This document shows positions 26,484 to 37,901 of a DNA stretch of 64,000 nucleotides, one piece after another (within the stretch, counting starts at the first letter, position 1; each line of letters opens with the position of its first letter). The notes beneath the pieces were generated by a model, which worked only from the letters and a program-made list of their open reading frames with translations, searched no databases and was not told where the DNA came from. The stretch is taken from the NCBI RefSeq assembly GCF_964355755.1, contig NC_092678.1, positions 3,736,422 through 3,800,421 on the forward strand. The letters are read 5' to 3'. The DNA comes from Antedon mediterranea. Lineage: Eukaryota > Animalia > Echinodermata. The position numbers were made by a program, and so were the translations under genes.

Positions 26484-26610
26484 TACACTATCAAACTACC
26501 CAAATATGGTAGTGATATGCTTAAATATGGTAGTGATATGACATCATTATGTCCATATATAGGAACATCATATATTTTTTATCACATAAAGTTTGATAGT
26601 GTAGACAGAG
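26484..26610. mobile_element. MITE family 2 copy (internally deleted)
   Basis: TACACTATCAAACT ... AGTTTGATAGTGTAGACAGAG inverted termini; internal AAATATGGTAGTGATATG duplication shared with the copy at 46002-46118. Confidence 0.85.
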
Positions 26611-28317
26611 ATTAAGAACTAAAAGAATCACATTACTTATGGCATAATTGTGTTTTCTGTTAGTTGTCTCACCCAATGTGAGATGGCAATGGGCAGTCTG
26701 AGAACAGTGCTATTTAAAGTTCATGGAGATGTTACCGGCTTTGGTAGATGGCAGGATATACTCAAATCATATCTTATGACGTCAAAGTTAAACTTTACAC
26801 TTTTCATAATACCTTTTTCAGTTATGCAACAATAAGAAATACTTGCTAATATGTTGCAAAATCAGAATTTGTACTTTTTAGTTACAAGTATAGTTCACAT
26901 GTATTTTGTTTCCAAGAAATAATGTACTGTTTTGTCTTATAAAGTTATTTTTAAAGTATTTATAAGGGGAAATCCCATAAAGATTTTTATCAATTTAACC
27001 ATATACAGAATGTTCAATTGAAAAAAAAGAAACAAACTACCAACAGGAATAAAGGTGTTTTAACAATATAACACAAATTAGCGCCTATGTTTTAAAGGGA
27101 AGTCATCAATATACCACTTGAGTTTTGATACGTTTAATCTGTTATTTCCTTACACAAAGACAAAATTTACATCCGTTGTTCAAATTTTATTACCCACTAC
27201 TATATTAATACTATCATGTAAAGTGCCTATTATTGCCAAGCTAAACATTCATGATTTTGTAAACAAAGTCCAGGGAGTAATCAACAGATACATTAGTATG
27301 GGAGCAAAAACAAATTAATAGCAGGCGGGTCTAAGCACAGGACTAAGAGTTTCTTAAGAGTTGATGCGAGGAAAGGCCTTTCCACCCTTGAATTGAAGAA
27401 GACTGCCTGGATAGCCCTTAAAATTTCACCTCAGCCTGAGACACTAGTAAGGCCATCTGTTTTTAATTATGCTATAAAACCCTACTAATTAATCATAATT
27501 TTTCTCTTGAGTCTAATAATTTTAATTGTTTTTTATATATGTTATAAAAAAAAGAATAAGTCTGCCTATATATTAATGTGGTGTGTTAGACACGTAAGCC
27601 TACCATTAATCAGAGACTTAGTTTCACTACTGTAAAATACGTGCAGAAGTTACATCTTGCCAATGAAATTGTATCCGATATTTTATTCTTCCTTTTTAGG
27701 TTATTATAGATCTACGATATTGTCATATACAGGAAATTACTATAAAAAAATTATGGTATCAACTTTCAAAGCCACATTATCAACAAACAAAATTGTTCAA
27801 AAAGAAATTACAACCAAATTAAAGCATATTCTTGCATTTAGTGTTATTTTTTAAAAACTGTTTTAGTTAGTATTTGACGCTTGTTTTGATTGACAGACCT
27901 TGTTTCACAGTTTTGCACAAAATAGAAAGTTTTAAACCCAGAGCAGAGAGGTTGAAACGGTGATTTGGGAACAACACAGGTTGGAAAACACCAAATTAAT
28001 TTTACTACAGTTCAGGGAAAAAAACCTCCCTTATGGGATTTCGCTAATGTGATTAGTTGGATACCGGTGTTGTTTGTTTAACTCATGTAGCGGAACAATT
28101 TTCATGGATTAAATTTAAAATTGTGAAATCCGATACGGCTAATTTATGTCGTCATAATTTCTTTACCAGTTGGATTCACCTCTAAGAATTCTTAATAGAG
28201 TGACATCATAATAGTAACTTCCTTAAATGGTTTTCAAATTATTCTATCCTTTGCTATTCCACCCTCTGCTTACATAGGGTGATATCAATTGATGGAACAG
28301 CTAGCAGCCAGGTTATC

Positions 28318-28324
28318 TATAAAA
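28318..28324 (+). promoter_or_regulatory. Putative TATA box of TIMP-B
   Basis: TATAAAA about 175 nt upstream of the ATG at 28496, similar to the spacing in TIMP-A. Confidence 0.45.
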
Positions 28325-28495
28325 AAGTTTTTACCAGGGAAGTTAAACCATGTGTTTGGAAGTCAGCAGTTGGTAAAGTGGTTGATTCTTAGCCTAACAG
28401 ACAAGATAAAGAACGCTGCCACCTGAGTATAGAAGAGTAAACATCTCTTATCATTCAAAGCATTCCACGCTCTCAATATTATCCTGAGTGTCAAC

Positions 28496-28622
28496 ATGAG
28501 ATCGTTACAAGCAGCTCAAATTTTAACTTTATCAGTTATTTTGTCGTGTATTACAACGTCCACATACGCATGTCCGTGCGCATTGAAACATCCTCAATAT
28601 CATTATTGTGTGTCGGAGTATG
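28496..28622 (+). CDS. TIMP: TIMP-B exon 1. Gene model join(28496..28622,31302..31934,33298..33425,33797..33988), 359 aa
   Basis: MRSLQAAQILTLSVILSCITTSTYA|CPCALKHPQYHYCVSEY; donor G|GTAAGT, phase 1. Confidence 0.95.
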
Positions 28623-30514
28623 GTAAGTTTTTAGTTCTATTCTATATTTCAATGTATTTTATCTTAATGTTTTATTAAATATTTGTAATATTCGCAGATT
28701 TTGAAAATTGAATTATAATTTTAAGTATAGAAGACAGTTTTTATTGCAACTAAATATGTATGTTTTGATTGTTACCACTTATATGCTTTATTTTTATTTA
28801 ATGTATTATATGCAATTTTCTGGGACAAATATTTCTGAGTGATAGAAAAATTATGCAAAGAAATTTAAAAATGAATTAGTTCAGATTTCTTGACTTAATT
28901 TAGCTTATTAAGAGTTAATTAAATTACTACTATAACTCTATAAATAAAACACATCACTCGCATATGAAACAAATAGCAAATAGATGTCGTAGATAACTCC
29001 ACAGACCTTTTCAACTAAAAAGATAATTAGCACATGTTTATAATACTTTATGCAATTAAAGTATATATCACATTTATTTATCCACAATATTTTACTTTTT
29101 AAAAAAATGCTATCTGTTATGGCCCTTTGTATACATACGTTACCCGTTGACCAGTTGTAACATGAAACAAAATTGGTTTTGTTTTTTCCTAACTATTATT
29201 ATGAATGATTAATACAGGATTTTACAGTACTCATTGCAAAATTCACATCACCCTAAACTGTATTACAACTTTCTCTCATAATACAGTCTAAAAATTACAG
29301 AAGCAACCGCGCCAAAATTCTCAGTTTAAAAAAATGTATATCTTGCTAAATCTGAAGTTTTAAATATAATGTAGCAATACTATTTTACATCATCAACACT
29401 CGCCCAAAAAAAGCTTTGCTAATGATGACATGATGATGTGGGAATTACCTTGTGGTTTTCAATAAACTTCCAACTAAATTTATATTAGAATTGTTTCTAT
29501 TTATAGAAATCTATAATCTACGGAAATTGGATGTAATGTAAACATATAGTATAAAAAATACCTAAAAAGGCTGAATATGTAAAACACGTTGAATTAGCTT
29601 TTTGCTTACTGCATCTAATTCGCCACTGTTTACAAACAAATTGTTTCTTTTAGTCACTTGCCTTTTGATAATATAAGCAGAAAATGGTGGGTTCAAATCA
29701 TGATTAGAGTGGACCTTTCTTTTTCTCACAGATTTCCTTATTCTAACCTTTTAAAAATGATTTTGGTTTAGAATTTCATTACATAAAATTTATATATTTA
29801 TAAATTTATATTTGCATTGAAAAAAACAGGCACGTGTAAAGTTGTTGCAATGAGCAATTGGGAGGGCCTCTCAATTGGCTTTTGAAGACGACTCAATGTC
29901 TCTTCTAATGGATTATTAGCAGGAAACTAAATGAGCAATTCTGAAGCTATGATTTAACTATTGATGCCGATTGTTTAACAGCATTTCATACACTTTCAAT
30001 TCTTTCTTTCGATTCCTTCTTTTTCAAACTTGCTTTATTCTTTTATTCTTCAATAAAAATCTATAAATAAAATGTCAATGATATAAAATGTCAATGATGT
30101 AAATTGATTCATGTTTACATCATAGACTTGAACAAACCATTTCATCAAACTTCTTCTGCTGAGCATGTGCAAAATATTGCAATAACATATACTAGAAAGT
30201 TGACATTCAATATTTCAACTATATGGCTGTGCGTCACACCTGAAGAAAATTGTAATATAGAGTACAATCTTAAGTTTTAGGTTTAAACAACCAAGATAAA
30301 TATAATATTTTATTTATTTATTTATTACCATATTTACTGAGGGTAGCCTATCCAGTTCCTAATATAACTGATCATTCAGGGCCCTCGATAAAACAAACAT
30401 ACAGTACAACACATAAAATATTAAATATTCAAATGACATAAAATATATTAAAGGCTTAAAAATTTACAATGATTATATAAAATTCATATAAAAGTTAAAA
30501 TCGTTGACAGATAA

Positions 30515-30516
<2 letters not shown>

Positions 30517-30565
<49 letters not shown>
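30517..30565. repeat. (TA)n microsatellite
   Basis: About 24 TA units directly visible. Confidence 0.97.
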
Positions 30566-30569
<4 letters not shown>

Positions 30570-30692
30570 CCAAAGGCAAATTACTGGAAAAAATGACAAT
30601 GCTGTGGGTATCCAGTGGCTGGATCTCAATGGAGATACAAAAATAAAAAGCGAAAAGCTAAATCAAAACGATAAAGTAAACAGCCAGAAAAG

Positions 30693-30734
30693 TTAGCAGA
30701 GCTTTCGGGCAACACTAGCCCTTCATCAGTGCAA
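30693..30734 (-). ncRNA. Minimal type I hammerhead ribozyme, copy 1
   Basis: Minus strand TTGCA CTGATGA A GGGC TAGTGTT GCCC GAAA GCTC|TGCTAA: catalytic core, stem II GGGC/GCCC, palindromic AGCT stem III, stem I GCA/TGC. Confidence 0.8.
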
Positions 30735-30905
30735 GTGAAGGAATTTGGATAACGTCTCATATATATATATATATATATAAATCCAAAGGCAAATTACTGA
30801 AAAAAAATGACAATGCTGTGGGTATCAGTGGCTGGATCTCAATGGAGATACAAAAATAAAAAGCGAAAAGCTAAATCAAAACGATAAAGTAAACAGCCAG
30901 AAAAG

Positions 30906-30947
30906 TTAGCAGAGCTTTCGGGCAACACTAGCCCTTCATCAGTGCAA
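30906..30947 (-). ncRNA. Minimal type I hammerhead ribozyme, copy 2
   Basis: Identical to copy 1, 213 nt away. Confidence 0.8.
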
Positions 30948-31042
30948 GTGAAGGAATTTGGATAACGTCATAGTATAAAGCTGGCAAGTGCTGCCTGGGT
31001 GGACAGGAATAAAAGAAATATAACAAAGGTTATGTTATGTTA

Positions 31043-31210
31043 GGACATCTGCATATCAAGCAGGCGGTCCGAGTTCGAGTCTCGGTTGGGGCGACTTTTT
31101 CTCATTCTCACAGATTTCCTCATCTCTATCGTTTCAAATTAATTAATTAAATTTCAGTATATCACCGGGCGGTTTAGAATTAATGTTCTTTGCCTCTTGT
31201 GTTTATATAT
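31043..31210 (+). mobile_element. tRNA-derived SINE-like repeat (family 1)
   Basis: B-box GTTCGAGTC; body TTTTTCTCATTCTCACAGATTTCCTCATC...ATATCACCG...GTTTAGAATT matches the inverted copy at 54541-54708; a decayed copy lies near 29670-29780. Confidence 0.75.
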
Positions 31211-31301
31211 AAATATATATATATGTGTGTATAAATGTATTTATCATAATATAGACCTAAGGAAAATATTTCATAATAGCTGTTTTTATATTTGTGTGCA
31301 G

Positions 31302-31934
31302 TGTTTAGGGCAGTTATCCTGGAGTTTGCAGAAGTACTTAAGGTTGATGTGGATAACCAACCAGAAAAACCATTAGTAGAAAACCTAATACAAACAACAA
31401 CACAATCACCACCAACAACGACGACGTTGACACCGATGATGACAACGGATCAAGAAACAATGGAAACAGATTTAATTATGACGACAGAAACCGAACAAAT
31501 AAACTCTACATTATCAACAGAAAACTCATCTTTAATTAATGATAACCTGTCAGAAGAAGTAGAGAAAAGAGAAACAACAATCACAACAACTGAAACACCA
31601 AAAATCTTTCCTAAACTGAGCTTTGAAGGTCCTCGCCAGCATGGCGGAAAGCTTCTTTATGTGGAACCATCTTCATTGTTTAATTCTTATAGCGATATTT
31701 CTAGCGATATTTCTAGCGATGTTGATGAAGCTGGTATGTTACCAGACTATAGTATCAGTGGTGGTGTTGTCTACCAATATCCACAGGACTATTACATCAG
31801 ATACCGTGTGAAAGTGACAAAAGATTTTAAAGGCACGTTAGACGAAGGACACACCATCGACATTTTTACGTTAGCAGATCTTAGTGATTGCGGAATGAGG
31901 CATTTGGTAAACGCTACTTCATATCTATTTGCAA
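31302..31934 (+). CDS. TIMP: TIMP-B exon 2 (N-TIMP domain with a 161-aa Thr/Ser/Glu-rich AB-loop segment)
   Basis: Acceptor tttgtgtgcag; VFRAVI ... YRVKVTKDFKG ... DLSDCG ... SYLFA; donor A|GTAAGT; 633 nt open frame. Confidence 0.92.
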
Positions 31935-33297
31935 GTAAGTATAATTATAACTAACTGGAGTTTCTATTTTTGTATACGATCTTAAATCTAAATTTTTTAT
32001 TATTTCAACTTGGATATTGAAATTGAAACAAGAACATCAGGGGTTCTGTGTCATTAACCTTGGCCCTTCAAATATAGGCTGTTACATAAAACTCATAACA
32101 TCCTAATTTCACAAAACCCTGGATTGATCGATTGTCATTTCTGCCAGGAAAAAATAGAGATCTTCATAATCATTGTGCAAATTCCATGAAAAGTGGGACT
32201 AAATAATGGGAGTTCACTTTCACAAGATACAGAATGTCATTTATATGAAGTATTCAAAATTGGGTAGAATTTTACATCAGTAAGTAAATGTATGGAGTTC
32301 TGTCCAACCTGATGTGAAAAATGCAGTTACATAACTTGACAAAAATTACACTGTATTTACTTATTATCTCACTATCAGACCTTTTTAAAATTGTAATAAC
32401 AAATGATATAAAATAAACAATTTTATTTTTACATGTGAAAATTTGATTTCTAAATTTAGAAGTCAAATATATCCTATTAAAATATGAAATTGACCTGGAG
32501 AAATTTTGATTTCATATAAACAAGCTGTTCCTGTAGGAAACCTTTGGTGCCTAGGTTCCCTGGATTTAATCGATCAGTGCTTTGGTTTATTCCATTCTCT
32601 CCTTGACCTTGTAATCGGGGTTAGCGAGGGAATAATCAGGGTTTTATATTGTATATTACATTATAGCATACACTATAATAAATGTCACAGCAGCAGTATT
32701 GATGTCTATAATTTAATATAATCTACAATAATAACATATTGCATGTTTTTTACATCAATCAAAGGTTTTTTTTATGTTACCTAAAAAGTCAAGAGTTTCT
32801 GCATTCATTGAAATACATTTCAATTGCAAACTCCATCTACCCCTACCGTCTACACCCTCAAATCATGGTAATATCTATGTACCTCCAGCAGTCTTAATAG
32901 TCTAATTGAAATCGGAAACAAAATGAATGAATATTATATAAGAAGCCCCCACCCCACCGTCTCATAATCTGAAAGCGTAACGACAGAAGCAGTTACTACC
33001 ACGCTAAGAATATTATTAGAAACAGTTTAAAACGACAACAGACACAGCTTGCACATGATGGAGCCATTCATGTTGCTTGTCCGTTGAGGCCAGGGCTCAA
33101 TGGGATATTGGAAAATTACAAGGCAATTTGTTCTCAGTTATGCTGTAATCAGCTGTCCAACTAAGCTTTCTGTTTTGATTGTCAACTGTATTAAATATTT
33201 ACTGAAAAAAATTTTCACATAAAAAAAAAGGAATTTAAGTGATACATACTTTTTCTTTATTTTAAATTTTAAAATGTTTTGATGTCTATCATTGCAG

Positions 33298-33425
33298 TTA
33301 GCCAATTAGAAGATGGAAGGATGTTTTCGACGAATTGCGACTGGGTGATTAAATATGATGAACTTACAGTCCAACAAAAAGCTGGATTAAAGAAAACATA
33401 CAGAACAAACTGCAAGAAATGCAAT
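33298..33425 (+). CDS. TIMP: TIMP-B exon 3
   Basis: SQLEDGRMFSTNCDWVIKYDELTVQQKAGLKKTYRTNCKKCN; acceptor ttgcag, donor GTAAGA. Confidence 0.93.
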
Positions 33426-33796
33426 GTAAGAACACTTTTAAAGTCAATTTCTTTTAGTTGACATTTCTTCCTAATCTTCAAAAAACTATTCCCACAACAT
33501 TTTTCCTGTTCAGTCCCTATTCCTCTAATTTAAAGCAGTCTTTCACTTTTGTCAGTCCTCTATTACTTGAACCAGACACCATCTATTAAATATAAAACCA
33601 GGTCCAATTAAAACCAGTTTAACCCTGTCTCTTCAAAGAGTCTATATCTATAACTAATAATAATCTGAACAAAAGAACAAGTCGCATATGACAAAGTATT
33701 TTTATCATCCAACATCTTCAAATAACCCAATACATTGAAAAAAAATAATTTTCAGTAATTCATTCATTCCATTTTTTTCTACTTTATTTTTTTCAG

Positions 33797-33988
33797 AATG
33801 CTGAATCTTGTGGAAATAACCCAATGTATACTGAATGCAACAACAAGTATTCAAGTTGCGTACTTGAAGAGCAAATTGGTTGTACGTGGTCGAAATCACA
33901 AGCCCATTTGAGTTGTCGCCTACTGCAGGGATCAAAACGGCCGCCAAAAAGATTTCCAGAAAAAAATCCAAAAAGTCTGGGTTTTTAA
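33797..33988 (+). CDS. TIMP: TIMP-B exon 4
   Basis: Acceptor tttttttcag; NAESCGNNPMYTECNNKYSSCVLEEQIGCTWSKSQAHLSCRLLQGSKRPPKRFPEKNPKSLGF*. Confidence 0.88.
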   Translation, partial: NAESCGNNPMYTECNNKYSSCVLEEQIGCTWSKSQAHLSCRLLQGSKRPPKRFPEKNPKSLGF

Positions 33989-36842
33989 ATAATATGACAT
34001 GGTATTTGTAAACAATTTAACACTATTTGTTGTGTAAATATTTTACAGAAATTATTATTGTTATTAATAATAATATTCGATGTAATATGGTCAATTCTCT
34101 CAAAACCAGAAACTAAGAAAATCAGACACTTCGAAAAACTTTTCTTGAAGTCGAAATTCTTTCATACATTTTATAAATTCTGGAAACTGGACTGTCAAAA
34201 AAAAAAGTTTCTGGAGAATTGACAAAACGCAAAATATTTAATTTTAAAGGATTTAATTGAAATTTCTATGCTTGAGTGTGCTTTGCATCTTATAAAGTAT
34301 AAATAATTTATTCAGGCATCTACCTAGGGTATAATGTGAATTCTTTTTTAAATAAACTTTTTCTAAACCTTGACAATAATATGATAATATTATGATATTA
34401 TAAGTAGCTAGTATTCCAATGGTAGTAACTTAGTTATAATTGCAGCCAGGAATGTAATGATAGTAACCAGTAACTGTATTCACCAATCACAATTATGTTA
34501 AGAAAAACACATTTAAAATGTGTACAATTTGTTAATATCTATTCACTTAATTGAAATACTTAGTATTCAATGGAAATATTTCAGTTAAGTGTGATTGGTT
34601 AATATGACTACAGGTTTGTAATGATTGTAGTCAAGTTTCTAATTATTGTAGAGTGGTTTCTAACAATTGTAGCCAGTTTCCTTACGATTTTAGTCAGGAT
34701 TCTAATGATTGTAGTCAAGTTTCTAATAATATTTAAGTGAAATGTGAATGTTTAAAGTGATGAACAGTACAACAAATAATCTGTTTCAAATCAAAGTAAA
34801 AGTGTGTGATAATATTCTATTACATCATCATGTATACCATAAAGAAAAAGAAAAACCCAAAAAGAAACATTGCTGTTTAAAAATATTTAAGCTATTTGCT
34901 ATCAAGGTACGAATAAAAGGGAGGTAGAACATGGCAACTACAATACAAATATACCAATATAATATTCTCTAGCATTTTGGCATGAACATTTTACAATGTT
35001 TTCTACTTCACAATGGAATTTACATTCAGCAATGAACAAATGTTTCTCCCCTGTCCACAAGAGTCAGAAATATAACCACTCAAACATTATTTTTTGTGAA
35101 AAGCTTACTTTTCAAATTGCTGTTGTGCAGTGATGATAATAGAATTTGTATACATAGATGTAAATATTTTATTTGCTGTAGAATTAATATAAGCTTATAA
35201 TCTAAAACACACAAGTTGTCTGTTTTAGAAAAATATTATTTAATAATATAATTACCGTATATGATTTGGCTATACTTAGTATCTACAGTATTTAGTAATT
35301 GCTTTAGAAACAAGTAAAAAAAGAGAATTTTGCTGATTTTTGTACAGAAGGTAAAACCACAAAATAGTGGTAACAATAAAATAATATAAACCAGATTTCT
35401 ATATACATAAAGTAAGCCACATAAAAAAATTAAATATTAACATTGATCTTTCTTATGTTGAAATAGAAAATGCTTTATTTTATCAGGTTTTTTTAAATTA
35501 TTTTGAATCAATGCAAGTAAGATATAGTATGGGGATCCTACAGTAACAACACATAATTGGTGGTAACCTTAGAATGTAGGAAGTTTTTCAATAAAGACAG
35601 AGAGAGAAATACAATATATTCATACTGTTATAAGTTTTATTATGTGTAATAAATCAGTAAAACACCTTTAAAACCAAGAATCCATCATGTAATGGGTGTC
35701 CTACATGATATTATCTCCCATTACCCCAGAGTGAGTACATACTTCATGCCACAAATGGTCAAAGTTTGAAGCGACTAAAACGGAATTCAATGATTTTTTT
35801 TAATAAATTAAATTTCCCAAAATCTGGCCTCTTTTAGTTAGCTAATGCAAATGGTCTATACAAGGTACTAAGAAAACAAAATATGTTAAGAACACATAGT
35901 TAAACTAAGTGACTATGTAAATTCTTGTGAAATTTCCGTTTATTTTGATTTCTACACTTATGTTGTGTATGTTTTTTGGCATTTATCAACAACACACTTG
36001 AACTTTCCAAATAAAAAGTTCATGGACATAGATATGAATGAACTACATGATGGGCTTCTTCAGAATAGTAGCAAATCTGGGATATCATTAATATTGTTCA
36101 GAAAAACTGCTTTTTTTTTAGAACTCTCCATCCCCAACTCACAGCAACTACACTCAAATAATGAAGTATGTTATTTTAAAAATAGGCACATTACAGAATG
36201 GTATCATGTATTGCGGTGTTAAAATAAAAACTTTCTACTGAAAATCACTGTGACTTTGACTAATTCCAAAAAAATTAAAAATAAAAGATTTCGAAAAAAG
36301 GTGGGTCATTTTGAAGTATCATAATAGTTATTAACTATCACCAAAAATTTTTCGACAAAAAAAAATTTTAACTGAAATACAGACGTTTTTTTGTTAAAAA
36401 AATAACTTTGACTTCCAGTCAAAGTTTTCAATCAAAACATATCCCATAATGCAACGCACTTGTTTGGCTACTCTGTATGCATAATCATAAAACTTCCTCA
36501 TGATCTGTGTGAAAATACCTTCTTAACCGTGACGAGTTGTAAACAATCCTAATTTAGCATATGCATAATGCGTACTCATGGTTTGAAATCTTTGTTTACT
36601 TTCGCTCGTGACGATTTTCCAGATGAAATGAAATCAAACTAATTTACCTGTTAATTACGTAAACTTGTTGTTTTGGCTTAAATTTTCGACTTAAAGTGAA
36701 TAACTTTAATATTACTTTGATATGGCCACTTTAAATTTAGAATATTTTGACCTTAATTTTTTTGTGTTTCATATAAGTATACTGTGAATACTGATATAAT
36801 ACTTATATTTAATGGAAATATCAACGTAAATGTGATCCTGGC

Positions 36843-37901
36843 CAGCGGCGTATCCAGTGGGGGGCCGGGGGGCATAACATATCATTGATCCCTTCAGATA
36901 AACTATTTTTTATTTTCATTACATCTAACGAAACACATAAAAAATGTGGTAGATTGTTTACTCAAAAGTGTTTAACCTTACCCTATTCAACCTTGTTTTT
37001 GCAGTTGAGCCTCTCATGACCTGGGATTTGTATGTCTTCCTACGCTAAGATTTTATAGTTCCACATGCCATGTGCTTTTTTGTCTAAGATATATTTATTG
37101 TAAGTGAAAAAAATTTTTTTTTCTCGATATGAGGCCTTTATTATTCAAAATTTGTAAAGAAAAAGCACACATACCATAACAAATATCCATGTATTTCATT
37201 TTTGGAACAGAATATTCCGTGAGGCTCAACTACAAAACCACCATTTTGTGATATATGTCATCGTAAGCCAATCAAAGCTGAGCTTTCTCGCGATTGGCAT
37301 TGCTCACGGTTGAATGATTTGGATTCTGGCTAATTTGATTGGTGGATGCGAATCACCCGCAGCGGAATGTTTTCTCTCGCGCATGTACCATGAATCTCTC
37401 TGATCGTTACTACACAAAGTTAGAGCAATGAATTTGCCCGAATTCTGTTAAGTAAACAACCTTATATATTTTATAAGCATTTAATAACATGTTTTGATAT
37501 TTCCAATGGTGATATATAAAATAAATTACTAAAAAACGTAATTATATGTAATTATTTTAACCAAAAATGGCGTAGTTAATAGAATTGTCGACTGAGGCCG
37601 CAAATTGTTTTACTTCTTTCGTGGCTAAAAGCGATCATTTTCGGCGATGTTTTAGACCCTATATTTCGAAAACTACAAGTCAGATTTTCCTAATTCTTTC
37701 TTTATTGTAATATGAATAAAACATACTAACAGATAATGTTGGTTTGGTTTTAATTTTGCATCGTTATCCCATATAAGACAATATGACTATGCAATCCTAG
37801 AACATATATTGATCAGGTGTATGTACAGATAATGACACCAATTTTGTCGGCAAATTGGCAATTCCCGGCCCCCCAACTTCAAAATCCTGGATACGCCACT
37901 G
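36843..37901. mobile_element. Non-autonomous hAT-like DNA transposon (1059 bp) with a perfect 8-bp TSD
   Basis: TIRs CAGCGGCGTATCCAG / CTGGATACGCCACTG (1 mismatch), subterminal GGGGGGCCGGG / CCCGGCCCCCC, TSD ATCCTGGC at 36835-36842 and 37902-37909; no transposase ORF. Confidence 0.9.

Larger units (their letters stand above)
30565..30969 (-). mobile_element. Tandem duplicated unit (period 213 nt) of Penelope pseudo-LTR / retrozyme type, each copy beside (TA)n
   Basis: Near-identical copies at about 30565-30756 and 30779-30969, each carrying a hammerhead motif. Confidence 0.75.
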
